NCBI GenBank assembly: GCA_013239625.1
Contig: MU054323.1
Location: forward strand, 186,001 to 250,000
Reading direction: 5' to 3'
DNA length: 64,000 bases
Origin: Lama guanicoe
Taxonomy: Eukaryota
Below are positions 1 through 11,705 of the stretch, piece after piece. A model generated the notes under the pieces. That model made no database searches. It was not told where the DNA came from and saw only the letters and a program-made list of their open reading frames with translations. The translations under genes were made by a program, and so were the position numbers. The stretch's first letter is position 1. Each line of letters opens with the position of its first letter.

Positions 1-475
1 GGTGGGAATGTAAAATGGTGCAGCCACTGTGGAAGACATTATGGAGTTTCCTTAAAAATTTAAACTCAGAATTACCATATGACTTGGCAATTTCACTCCT
101 ATGTATATACCCGAAAGAATTGAAAATAGACATTTAAGTACTTGTACATGAATAGGAATAGCAGCAGTAATCACAACAGCCCAAAAGTGGAAATAACATA
201 AATTTCCATCAATGGATAAATGCATAAACAAAATGTGGTGTAGACATGCAGTGGAGTACTATACAGTCATAAAAGGAATGATGTACTATGTGCTACAACT
301 TATATGAACCTTAAACATCTTGCCTAGTGAAAGAAGCCAGACACAAAAGGCTATATATTTTAGGATCCCACTTATATGAGCCATCCAGAATGAACTGAAA
401 TCCATAAAGGCAGATTGGTGGTTACCAGGGTCTAATGGGGGTATAGGGAAATGGGAAGTAACCATTTAATGGGTA
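1..475 (+). mobile_element. L1MB-type LINE-1 fragment (end of ORF2 plus 3' UTR), truncated at both ends
   Basis: GGTGGGAATGTAAAATGGTGCAGCCACTGTGGAA...AGAATTACCATATGAC...GTGAAAGAAGCCAGACACAAAAGG...GTGGTTACCAGGG are diagnostic L1M 3'-end motifs. Confidence 0.9.
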
Positions 476-1317
476 TTGTCTCCGCAGAATTTAAAAACAA
501 CATTCGAACCACTAAAAGTCAGCCTGCTTTTTCTTATCACCATGTGCTGGCAATTCTAAACAACATCAGTGATAAAACATTCCTTTTCAAAATGTCTTCT
601 GTGGATCTAAGTTCTAAACAATAGCTAGGATTACTCTGTGTGTGTGTCCATGTTATATAAACACATATGTATTATATTAAAAATTATATAAAAAAATATA
701 TCAACACACACACATATATATGAGTTTTTAATCACTTATCCTTAGTAGGCATTGTATTCTTTGTAGAAGTTAATCTGGAGAACTTTCATGTATAATTGGC
801 TCCCTCAGCACATATGGACCAAGCCAATGTGCCGGTTTTGAGAATAATTTTGTAATGGTCTCAAGTCCTTTGAATTGCTTTGGTGCAGAGTGTGTGTTCA
901 ACCCCTGCGGTACCACTCATTACTGACTTTAAATAAGAGATGTGAAATACCGACAGCACAGGGGTTGTAAAGATAAAGAAACAGAACTTGAGTTTGTCAT
1001 TCTATCCTTCATGTGATCACTTGGAGCTTTTATTTGTGTTTAAAATTGAAAAGAGTCAAATGGTGCAAACTGTGAGGGGTACTATGTTTGTTCAGTAAAT
1101 GCAAAATTTAGTTTGTACATACACTATTTGACTGGATTTGTACAATATCTTTAAAAGTGAAATGCATTTTTCATTTTGAATTGTTAATTGCTTGTTTCGA
1201 AACTGAAGAAGTAACCAAGAAAAGGTTGATTATAACTGAAAATAATTTGGTTGTTTAGAGGAGGAGGTGTTAGAAAATGTTAAACCCTGGATGTCAAATA
1301 CACTAGACAAGCCATTA
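471..1317 (+). mobile_element. MER97-like non-autonomous hAT-Tip100 DNA transposon relic, 5' terminus missing
   Basis: GAATTTAAAAACAA...CTAAAAGTCAGCCTGCTTTTTCTTATCACCATGTGCTGGCAATTCTAAACAA and terminal CCCTGGATGTCAAATACACTAGACAAGCCATT resemble the recalled MER97 consensus; internal AT/CA microsatellite at about 637-722. Confidence 0.7.
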
Positions 1318-1732
1318 GGCAAGACTCTTTTCCAAACACAAGCCTGACCCTGCAGCCCCCAAAGATTTAGACTCAAACCCCAAGGCCTCAGCGCAGACGT
1401 TCTTTGCCCAAATGCTCTGGCCAGTGGCACGGGCGGTTTCCAGGGCAGAAGTTGAGTGGGTGACTGGGTTCTGCTGGTGGGCTGGCCATGGGGAGGGGCT
1501 CCTTGAGCTCAGCCTCTTCCAGGCCCACTGTCAGCCTAGGCTGGCAGAGTTTACTCTCTGGAGAGGATAGAAGAAAAATGCAAATTGTTTGTGATTCAAG
1601 AGAAAGTGAGACTTATCATTACTTTGTGGAATTGTCTTTGTCAACTTCTTCAGCCTGCTCCCTGCTTTGGCACCAAAATAGACCCCTAACTATCCACAGG
1701 CAGCAATTGTTTCCTCCCCACTAAAATGTTTC

Positions 1733-1763
1733 CTTTTTCTTCTTCTTCTTCTTTTTTTTTTTT
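1733..1763. repeat. (TTC)n plus poly-T simple repeat
   Basis: CTTTTTCTTCTTCTTCTTCTTTTTTTTTTTT read directly. Confidence 0.9.
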
Positions 1764-4700
1764 AAGACATTTATATGGAGTGAAGAAATTAGGCAAAATA
1801 CGCAACAAGATTGTAGTAGTCCCATAATGTCCCCCAAACGATTAGCAAACCGAGCTCCCACTGAAATCCCTTGGCCTGCGGGGAGTTGCTGCCTTTGGGC
1901 AAGTCCTCTCCCAGGCTGAGTTCTTCTCACCTTTCAAATGGGGGTTCTGACCCTTGGCCTCTCTCCCTCTTACAGGATGCTCTGAGCTGCACTGTTCCCA
2001 ACTCACAGGGCTGACTGGTTTCATCTCATTTGTGCCAGGCCCTGGGCTGGACGTTGGGGATTTGGAGATGGATGAGAGAGAGAGAGTCCCTGGACTCTGG
2101 TGCATCACCTTGGGGCGCTCACTGCTGGTGGAGAAGGAAGATTTGGGGAGAGTTTGGACAGGGCCTGGGTAAACAAACAGGAGGGAAGAAATGGTCAGGG
2201 GATGGATAGAAACAAAGCACATGATCTGCTGAGCAGAGGCTGGACTAGAGATGCTAGAAGTGGGAGACGGGGTTGGGAAGGTGGGTGGGGGGAAGTTTGT
2301 CTCCGGGGTAAAGTGGAGGATGGGCAGTTGCTTCAGCAGGCGTAAGAGGCAGGAGACTAGTGGAGGATCTTGCAGCCTTTGAGGCCATGGCCCATGCTTT
2401 AAATCTTCATCATAGAGAAAGAATCCTCCACGTGGCATGCTCCTGCCAGGGGCTATCACATGCGGGGACCTCATTTACTCTTTCAATTCATGCCATGTGG
2501 GGGCACTTTAATTTGCATTTTACGAAGAAGGAAATGAAGGCTCCACGATTAATGATTAGCCCAAAGTCACAGAGATGGTCAGAGTGAAGACCAAGTCTGA
2601 TACCCGAGACTTGAGACAATTTGGGAAATGGCCCATCAGTTGGCCTCTTCATCAGTCAGAGTTCTTAACTACCAGTGACCGAAAAGATTCTGGCCACTAA
2701 GAACAGAAAAGGATTCAGGACAAGGATGGTTCAGACAGTTCGGGAAGGCTGGAGACCCAAGCGGGTGGGTGAGAACCAAATGATGGAACTGGATGCGAGG
2801 ACACGAATGCCTCCACCACTGAGGACTAGATGCTGTCACTTGCTCCCGGCTTTGGATACTGGACTCTCGGTATGGCCACAGCTGCCAGCCAAGTGGCCAC
2901 TGCTGCCCCAGGAGCCCCGTCTGTTTCTCCTGTCCCCTGACTGCCACCCAAGAGCATCCCCACTTCCTGCCTCACCAGCCTGGAGTCAGGTCCAGGCAGC
3001 TGCAGCTGATGCTGAAGACCAGGACAGGATCACCTGCTCCAGACTGGCACCATCAGGACGGGCCGACTTCAGCTTGTACCGTGGGGACAGGCTCTGCCTC
3101 CCACCAAGACTCACAGGTGGTTAATATATGGGGTGGAGGGGGTCAGATTTTATTTTTTTGGCTAAAGAGAATGACAAATGTCCGCTCAACATCACTCCTA
3201 GGCTCACAGTATATCGGAGACTGCCCACCCCCAAAACAAGAAGAAAGCATCGTGGTGTGGAGAGGCCCAGATTTGGGATCAGTGCCTGAATTCCAAATCC
3301 AGATCACCTACCGCTGGACCCTTAAACACCTCACAAGGTGGGCAGGACAGGGCTTACGAGATGAAGAAACAGAGGCCCAGAGAGTGGAAGGGATGTGCCC
3401 AAGCTTATGGCTGTCACAAATGCAAGCTGGTCTCGTGTACCCAGGAATTTGGATTCTGAAACAAACCTCTTCGGAGTCCATGGAGACCAGGGCACCGCAG
3501 GAAGTAGGGCTTTTCTCAGAATCAGCTCTGCCTGCTTGACACTTGATCTGGGCTGGGGAGGTGGGGTCAGGAATGAGCATCAGGTCGGATCTGAGCTGTA
3601 CGGAGGGTAAGTGTTCTGTGCGTTTATTGTGTCTGAAGTGAATCTGCCTCTTGTCTGGGCCCTCCGTAGGAGGGGCTGTGTGGGAGCGCAGTGCACAGTG
3701 CCCGGGGTGGGGGGTGGGCAGGACTCAAGAATGCCCATTCTTTCAGCAGGAAGGGTGGCGGATGGCTCCTTGTGCGTTGGCTGGTTCATGGGGACCTGGG
3801 AGTGCATTTCTCCCAGGCCACAGCTGGCAGCATCTTTGGTGCTGTGGGGCTTCAGTGGACTCTGGGTTCAAACTACACAGTCTCTGCCCCAGAGCATTAG
3901 GGCAAGATGGATAGCCTGGGCCGTGGAGGGTTTACCCAGGCGCCTGAAGGCAGCAGAACGTTCCAGCCCTGGACCTTGGGCCCTGGGAGTAACAGCATCC
4001 TGTTAGGGGCGGCCATCCTGTGGCTTACCTTGTCTGTTTACCTGCCTGAGCCGTAAAGAAACTCCTATGGTGATTCTGGCCTGTGAACCTGGAGCGTCTT
4101 CTGGCCCCTGGGGAGGAGCCCTGAATTTGGAATCACATGACCCCAACACCGATCCCAGATCGGCTGCAGCATCAGTGCACAGCCTGGACAAGTCACTCCC
4201 CTGCGCTCAGCCTCAATTTCCTCTTCCCTCAAGGGGATAATCAGACTGTGAGCAATGACACAGCTTGTAGACGAGAACGCCTCACAGCGGATGGGACCTC
4301 ACAGGTTCCTAATGACATCTGTGGACGGACTGGGGGAGGGGGCGAGTTAACTAAGGGATGTGTGGAGTTAGGATGGAGGAGCGGATCAGATCGGGGCTCT
4401 GCATGGCGGGTTTCAGAGAGACCATAAGTATCTTGTCCAACGGCATCGTTTCAAAGGTGGAAGAATTGAGGCTGGAGACAGGAAGAGACTTTCCTGAGGT
4501 CACGTGGTGCCAGGGTCCCCTCCCTAATCTCTGCTCCTTAGTGTCTCTGTGTTCCTCTCCGGCTGGCCGCCTTCTGGTACACAATGGAGGCCCCAGTGGT
4601 CAATGGATTGCATGGGCTTTCGAATCCCTCAGTCTTGGGTTATAATCCTCGGCTGGGGGCTTTGTCAAGGCCATCTGGCTTCCTGAGTCTCTGTTTCCTT

Positions 4701-6280
4701 TACCTGCAAGATGGAGATAATGATGCCAACCTTGGTGATGATGAAATGCCTGGTTCGCAGGAGACACTGAAAGGAATGTGAGGACCAAAGTCCCAGAGGT
4801 GGCTGCCCAGAGAGCACCAGAACCCATTTGTTCCCCATTGGATGCACTGTCCCTGGGGGCTTGCAGGACAGAGTCCCCAGGAGGGTCCGGAGGGGAAAGC
4901 TCTCCTCCACAGGGGACAAAGTCAGACTCTGCACAGTGAGAGGGTGGCGGCAAGCCAGCTGGTGCGACCCTGGGCAGGGGCTGCCCTTCTGTGACCTGGC
5001 ACTCCCATCTATAAAGTGAGGGGGTTGGTTTAGGTGATTTTAAGAGCTCTTCTATCTCTGATGTTTAAACATTCTCCAAATGTAGTAATTTCAGAACTCC
5101 TGGCAATACTTCCCGGAGCTACGTTTCCTACCAGGTCAGTTTTGAAATAATAACCCGGCAGCTCATTAGTTTCTCTGCCCATACAGGCAATTCTGGGGAG
5201 GTTGGGGGCGACACACTTTCTGCACTGTGTACATGCCAATTTTCCAACATCTCATGTTCTCAAATAATAACTGTTATTCCTACTAGGCGGCTCACTCACA
5301 AAGGTCTTTCTGTGCCAAGGTGCCTGGGGCTGGGGTCTGAGCACACAGATTTGGCAATCTTCTCCCTCTGAGAATGTGTCTCCACCTGCAAGACAATTAA
5401 CCAAATAATTTAAGTCAAAAACCCACCAATTTACACCCGAAATATGCTAATGATTGAGAAACAACAACAACAAAAGATCTGTGGGTGTGTTTCTGACATT
5501 AATTATCTGAATAACTGCCTCAGATATTCATTTAGTCCGTTCAGGAGGAGCCTCACTAAAGTGACTTTTCCCAAAAACAAGATATACAGTTTCTAAATCT
5601 TCTCTTCAAGGCCCAGGAAGGTGGATCTCATCAGGGGCTTCCTCGAAAATCAGAATGTAGGGAAAAGAGATTGTTCTTTGGGTTCAGGAAAACCTGAGCT
5701 TGCATCTCCGCCCTGTCTTCTACCAGTATGTCCCTTTGGGCAAATCATTGCACCTCTGAGTCCTTCACAAGGATAAATCCGCTGGTGAATATGCCAGGAA
5801 CTCTGTCCTCAGGTGGTCCAGAGGTGCTGCGTGGGTGAGTGCGATGTGATGGAGGGAGGCCAGGCAAGGCGGAGTGGCACCTCTCTCTCTCTCTCTCTCT
5901 CACACCCTGCCATTCCAAATCATGGCCCAGACCTTCACAGGAGACTCTCTGTGCGTCTAGAACGTCCTCATACTCTTGGCAGCCTAGCAAACTGTTTCTC
6001 ATTCTCTGAGGCCTTCAAGTGTTCTTCCCTCTCAGAGAAGCCTTCCCTGACCCCAAACTACCTCCACATCCAGTCTGAGTTAATCAGCCCTTTATTACCA
6101 TTTAATTTACACATGGTTTAGCAAAAGAATAAACTGGAAGGTCCTTTTACAAATGCACACAGACCTCAGTAAATGTGAAGAGGTGAGGTTCCTCTTACGG
6201 GATCTTTTGGAGTGAGTTAGCAGCGGCGGGAGTGTGAAATGTATTGGAGGAATTTTTATTGAAACGATAAATGACACAAT

Positions 6281-6445
6281 GGGGGAGGCAAGGTATATAG
6301 TTCAGTGGTAGAGTGTGTGCTTAGCATGCACGAAGTCCTGGGTTCAATCTCCAGTACCTCCGTTAAAAATAAATAAATAAATAAACCTAATTACCTACCC
6401 CTGCCCCCCCAAAATATATATATATCTGTTTAAAAAATAAATAAG
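6281..6445 (+). mobile_element. tRNA-derived SINE (Vic-1-like, camelid) with target-site duplication
   Basis: tRNA-Ala-like head with A box (TAGTTCAGTGG) and B box (GGTTCAATCTCC), A-rich tail; TSD TAAATGACACAAT 6268-6280 / TAAATGGCACAAT 6446-6458. Confidence 0.9.
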
Positions 6446-6516
6446 TAAATGGCACAATAAGAGAATGAGTGAAATGGACACTTCTCATAATTAGGTTAGA
6501 GGCAATGGAAAGTATC

Positions 6517-7050
6517 TCATTCATTCATCCAACATTTATTGTGTACGCAGGATGTCAAGGAAAAAGAGCAGATGTGGTTCTTGCCTTGATGGAATTTATA
6601 TCTATGGGGAAAGAGGGTCATTACACAAGAAACTGCAATAAAAGTGATACGGGTGGAATGATATGGGAATAGACTGCAATCTAGTCCAGGGGTCTTGGAA
6701 ATCCTCCTGAAAGAAGTGGCTCTTAAGCTAAACACTTAAGTATGAGAAGAAACTAACTGGGTGGAGCAGCAGAGATGATATTTCAGCAACAGAGACAGTA
6801 AATGCAAAGGTCCAGGGGAGAGTGGAGGGCAGATGATAGTGGAATCTGAGGGTGATGGGGTGAGTAAAGGACAGGTCGTAAAGGATCTGAGAAACCATGT
6901 GAAGGAGTCTGGGCCTTGTCAAAGGTCATGGGAAGCCATCCAAGGATTTTAAGGCTGTGAGTGACAGGTTTTTAAAATTTAATCTAGATAGAGACTGGGA
7001 AATGAATCGGAAGCAAGCAAGAGTGAGGGAAAAGCAGTCCAAAAGAACTC
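6517..7050 (-). mobile_element. L2 LINE 3' fragment
   Basis: CATTCATTCATCCAACATTTATTG (reverse L2 tail), then CTTGCCTTGATGGAATTT and GGGAAGCCATCCAAGGATTTTAAG typical of antisense L2. Confidence 0.8.
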
Positions 7051-10000
7051 CATGTTTTAGGAGTGAGATTCCAAAGGCAGACAACGTGTAGAGGAAAAAG
7101 CATGTGTGTGGTAAAAACGATCACTGAAATCCTCATCTATCACCGAATACGCTATGCAGACTTTACTATCACACTGATCCTTGATTCCAGAAGCTCGCAG
7201 TGTGACTGGGGAAGACACCGTTCTCACTAAGAGTAAAGGATATCATGGCATATAAGCTTGCCCCTGGGCTTCAACGAGTCTTAGTCATTCTAAGGGAAAA
7301 AATATAAAGAGAGAAACCATGGTCTGAAATCTCCTGGGAAGGTATCCGTGTCGGAGGTGAGGGCTGTCTGGGGCACTGAGTGACACGGAGATGAGCAGAA
7401 GGAAGGAGAGGTTCCCAGGTAGAAGCTGGAATGAAAACAGCACACAGTTCAGACCAAAAGAAGACCTATTTGAAGGAATTATTAGAAGCCGAATGGTTGA
7501 AAACATCTGAAGGTGCTCCTTCCTTTAGACTTGATTTCTCACCTTAAAAAAATTGTTTTTACCTTCAATATATGTCAAGAGACATTTGTTTGTGATAAGT
7601 TGGACTGTGTGGTTTGGGGCAGAGATGCATGTGGCATCATATCAGTATGAACTAGACTGAGTAACTTGGGTTGGGGTGTTTGCTCTCAGAGGGGAGCTAG
7701 ATTGGATGGGTTGGGTTATGTTGGACGGGGTTGTTTGGGTACAAGTTGGAATATGATGGGATTTGTTGTGCAGTGCAAATCCTGAGCTGGCACAGGTCAA
7801 ATTTAATTGAATTGCGTTTATTGTCATGAATGTCTTTGGTTATTCTCGGCAAAGAGGAGCTCATTTGGCTAGTGGAATAGAATGTCAAGTGGCTGACTTG
7901 GACCAATTTGGAATAGACTGGATTACACTCGGTCAGCATTGGTTGACTAAGGCTGGTCCTTTGAGAGATTTCTAAAACGTTCTGAGAGTGTGTGGCGAAC
8001 CCACTTTAGGGATGTGTTTGCAGAGTGAGAGAAAGAGAGGAAGAACCCCTGGCGCCCTGTCAGTGCCGTGGACAGTCCAGGGGAGCCGCGTCTTAGGCAA
8101 TGTTGTTTGGGCCTATTTTGCTCCCCTGTCTGAGCTCCATTTCTCTCTCTGCACCTCCATCCCTCCATCTATGAAATAAAGAGATTGAAATTCCTCACCG
8201 TTCACAGAGCACGCCCATGCTTTCTCCTGCAGGACCCTCACCCCATGCCTGGGAAGTCGATGCCATTTACTGATGGAGAAGACTGAGGCTTGGAGGATGC
8301 GGGCTGTCCAAGCTCACACAGCCAGGGGGGCACCTGCCATTTGCAGAGGCCTTTGGATGGCCTCCTCGCTGACCCTTTCAGAGCCTCAGTGGGGCTTGGC
8401 ACAGGGATTCCAACTTGCTTGTGAATGTATGTAGTGATGTCTGCCCACGGATGGCTTGAGTCTATTCCCCTGTGACCTTCGTGTGGTCACACCCCAGAGG
8501 CCCTGTAATGAAGCAGTCCTGGGGACTTCAGAGAGGTGTAGAGGGAGGAGAGGATTGTGGTTCCTAACGGAGGGAAGGATGAAAAGATGATATCAAGCCA
8601 GCTAGGCTTTCTGATCTGAACCCCCAGCTACAAGAGGCATAAATCCGTCCTGGTCACTGGAGCCTCACTGGCCTGTGTGCCTCGGCTGGGCTGTGTGGTG
8701 GGAAAACAGTCAGGAGACCTTGATGTGAGTCCCGCTTCGGGTCATATTGGATGAATCGTTCCATCTCTCAAAACCTTGGTCCCCACCTCTGTTCAGTGGG
8801 GACACTGATGTCTCCATCAGGACTATTGCTGGAATGTGAGGGCTGAGCTCAGAATCCGGCGCACAGTAGGTGCGCTGTGCGTGATCACTTCTCCCGTCTG
8901 CCCGAGAGTCCCAGCACGGAGCCACTTAGCCTGAGCAAACTCGGTGTCTACCATCCATTCCCAGGTGACCTCCTGTAACCCCTTCCACCCTGGGCAGGTC
9001 GACTGACCTGTGACCCTGAGGTGTTGACAGAATCTCTGACCTCTGGGAAGGAGCAGGTCACTTTACTGAGTTTGTGCAAATAGATAAAGAACAAAGTGGC
9101 CCATAAATCAGGGCAACAGGAAAAACAAATAATTCTCTGCCCCCTGGGAAAGGAGCGGCAGGGACGAGGTGGATGGGTGAGGGGCAAGCGGTCCAGGCAA
9201 GTTCCCTCAGGGATTCCCCCGATGCAGCGGAGCCCCTTGCCCACCCGGCCATGGGGAGGGGCAGCCTTGGGACGAGGAAGGAAGGTGTGAATGGAGCAGG
9301 GGACTGGGGTCCGTCCAGGCGATGCCTCTTTTCTCGGCTGTGGAACTAGCCCTCTAGCTCTCTTCCTGGAGCCTGACTTCTGCAAGAAGCCTGGCCTGGG
9401 GCGTGGGGGTATGGGCGTTACCACTTGAACTAAGTCACTGTAGAAAAGAACAAGCCAGGAATGGACCTCGTGAGGCCTCAGATAAAATGTGAACCAACCA
9501 CTGACTGTGTGATCGTAGACCAACCACCCCCGGCCCAGAGTCTTGGTTTCCCCACCTGTAAAATGAGAGGTTCATCCCTGTCCTGCCTGCTTCTCCGGCA
9601 CGTGACGGAGTGGCAGGAGACAACACACGTGTAGGGACAGAGTGGGGACCCGCCACCCGCTGCAAACCCTGGCTCACAGCCAGGCCAGGAGAGTGTGGGC
9701 AAGTGCTTAAACCCTTCCCACCTCAGTTTGCTTCTCTAAGAAACAAAGCCGACAGCGGCGCTGCTTCCTGGGGCTCCTCTGACACACCATCTAAGACACC
9801 AGGTGTCATGCTAGGTGTTCGCTGAGAAAAATGTCTTCCCATCTTTTCCTGGCAAAAACGAACCTTCCTCCCCCGATGCTGATACATCTCAGGGTGGCTC
9901 CAGGGTGTTTATGGAAAGGTGAGGAAAAGCATGCATGGCGTGTGCTGCCCTGGCCGGGCCCTTGCCCGCCTGCCCGCCGCTGTCAGCCGAGCTCAATCCA

Positions 10001-11400
10001 CACCCACTCAGGGCCCTGCACTTCCTGCTCCCAGGGTGACCAGCATCCCGATGTCCCCAGAACTGAAGGGTTCCCTGGGATGGGGGTGCTTCCGGCACAC
10101 CCGATGATCCTCTGAGCAGAGAAGGCCCTCCCCCAGGAGCCCGCCTGGCCGCTTCCTTTCCTGGACTCAGGCCCGTTCGGAGGCACATTACATCAAGCCT
10201 GCACCAGATGTGAATTACACCCCCTCACCTCGCCGTCTTTTCTCCAAAGCTCTTATCACCACCTGGAAGAAACCACTTGTTTATTTATTTGTCTGTCTCG
10301 CCCTTCTAGAATGTAACTTCTATATGAGCAGGGAATTTGATTTTGTTTTTATTTTTAGAGAATGAGTCCTTTAATTCTCTAAATAACCCCAAGAGGCAGG
10401 TATGGCACCGTGCTCATTTTATAGAGGAGGAAACAAGGCCGGGAGGGGTTCCATCACTTGCCCACACTCTCCCTGCCAGGAGCCAGCATTTGACAGGGGG
10501 CGGGGTGGGCGTGGTGGGAGCATTCTGTTTCTGTTTTTGTTTTTGTTTTGCTGTTGTGTTCCCTGGGGCCTAAAATACAGCTTGGCAGGGAGTAGGTACT
10601 TGCTACATTTTTATCAAATGAACAAACGAATGAATGAATCGGTGGTTCTCGGAGCTCAATAAAAGCCGAGAAAAGGCCAAAAGGGTTGCTTTGGAAAATG
10701 AGGATTAAAAATAAAAGTTTATGGCTGTCCCGCGCTGACTGATGAGGTACGGGCTCTTGCACAAAGCAGGAAACGGGGTGGGATGCTCAGACTGGAAGAG
10801 GAGAGACGGGGAAAGTGCAGCAAGACTTCAAAGTGCCAGCAGCTTCTCCTAGGCTGTGTCCAAACACGTGAGGCCCAGAAGTGAGGCAATTAATCAGGTA
10901 ATTCCAGCCCCCTTCCACCCAATGGCCTCAATTATCTGGCTATTTGAAAACTACCCGTTTTATGGGTAATGAGTGTTAATAGGCCATTGTCCGGAAACAG
11001 TCTCTCTTCTGGTTTGCTCTTTGGCATTCAAGAGGCCCCAGGCGGTAGAAAAGGTTCAGTTGCCTCTCTGAGACTCACTCGCTGCTTCTTTAACAGGAGG
11101 ACAAGGTGGCCTTCTTCAGTCGGCTGCTGTCAGGATGAAAAAGCCGGCCGAGCACCTGGTCCGGGGCCCGGAACCCTGGCTGCGAAGCAAACATTCTTTT
11201 CACTTTGGTCATCACCTTCATGTCCCTCCCCACCAGTCTAAAGCCTGCCCTCCGACTACCTGCCCGCAGGGCCCACCTCCTCTCTCCAGCTCTGCAAACT
11301 CCTCCGAGAGCAACCAGAGAACTGTGAGAAGAGAAATTATGCAAAATCTTCCTGAATTCTCCCCAGGAACAGAGCTCGCCCTGGGGAAAATTACTTTGCT

Positions 11401-11461
11401 GAAAAAAAGGAAGGGGAAAAAAAAAAAAGAGAGAGAGTGAGAGAGAGCAGAGGAAAGGGAG
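11401..11461. repeat. Polypurine (A/G, GA-repeat) tract
   Basis: GAAAAAAAGGAAGGGGAAAAAAAAAAAAGAGAGAGAGTGAGAGAGAGCAGAGGAAAGGGAG, almost entirely purines. Confidence 0.9.
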
Positions 11462-11471
11462 CTCCCATCTC

Positions 11472-11705
11472 TTGAGCCGCTATCGTGGGCCAAGCATTGT
11501 GCTGGGCCCTTTAAAATCACTTTCATATTTGATCTTCACAACAGTCCTGCCAGGGGAGGGTACTGCTATGATCCCATTTTGCAGACAGGGAGACTGAGGC
11601 TCAGAGGTTGAACTAGCCTGTCTAAAGTTAGACAGCCAGGAAGTGGTGAAGCTGGGACCCAAACTCAGGAGCCTGTGGAATCATCAATTCCAGGCTTTTA
11701 GGATT
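11472..11705 (-). mobile_element. MIR SINE, near full length
   Basis: ATCCCATTTTGCAGACAGGGAGACTGAGGCTCAGAG core, preceded by GATCTTCACAACAGTCCTG and a tail-like CCAAGCATTGTGCTGGGC. Confidence 0.9.

Noticed and set aside
6281..6362. tRNA-Ala-like sequences here and at about 31003-31076 and 40224-40297
   Set aside because: They are followed by SINE linkers and A-rich tails, two have TSDs, and the stems are degenerate; these are SINE heads, not tRNA genes.
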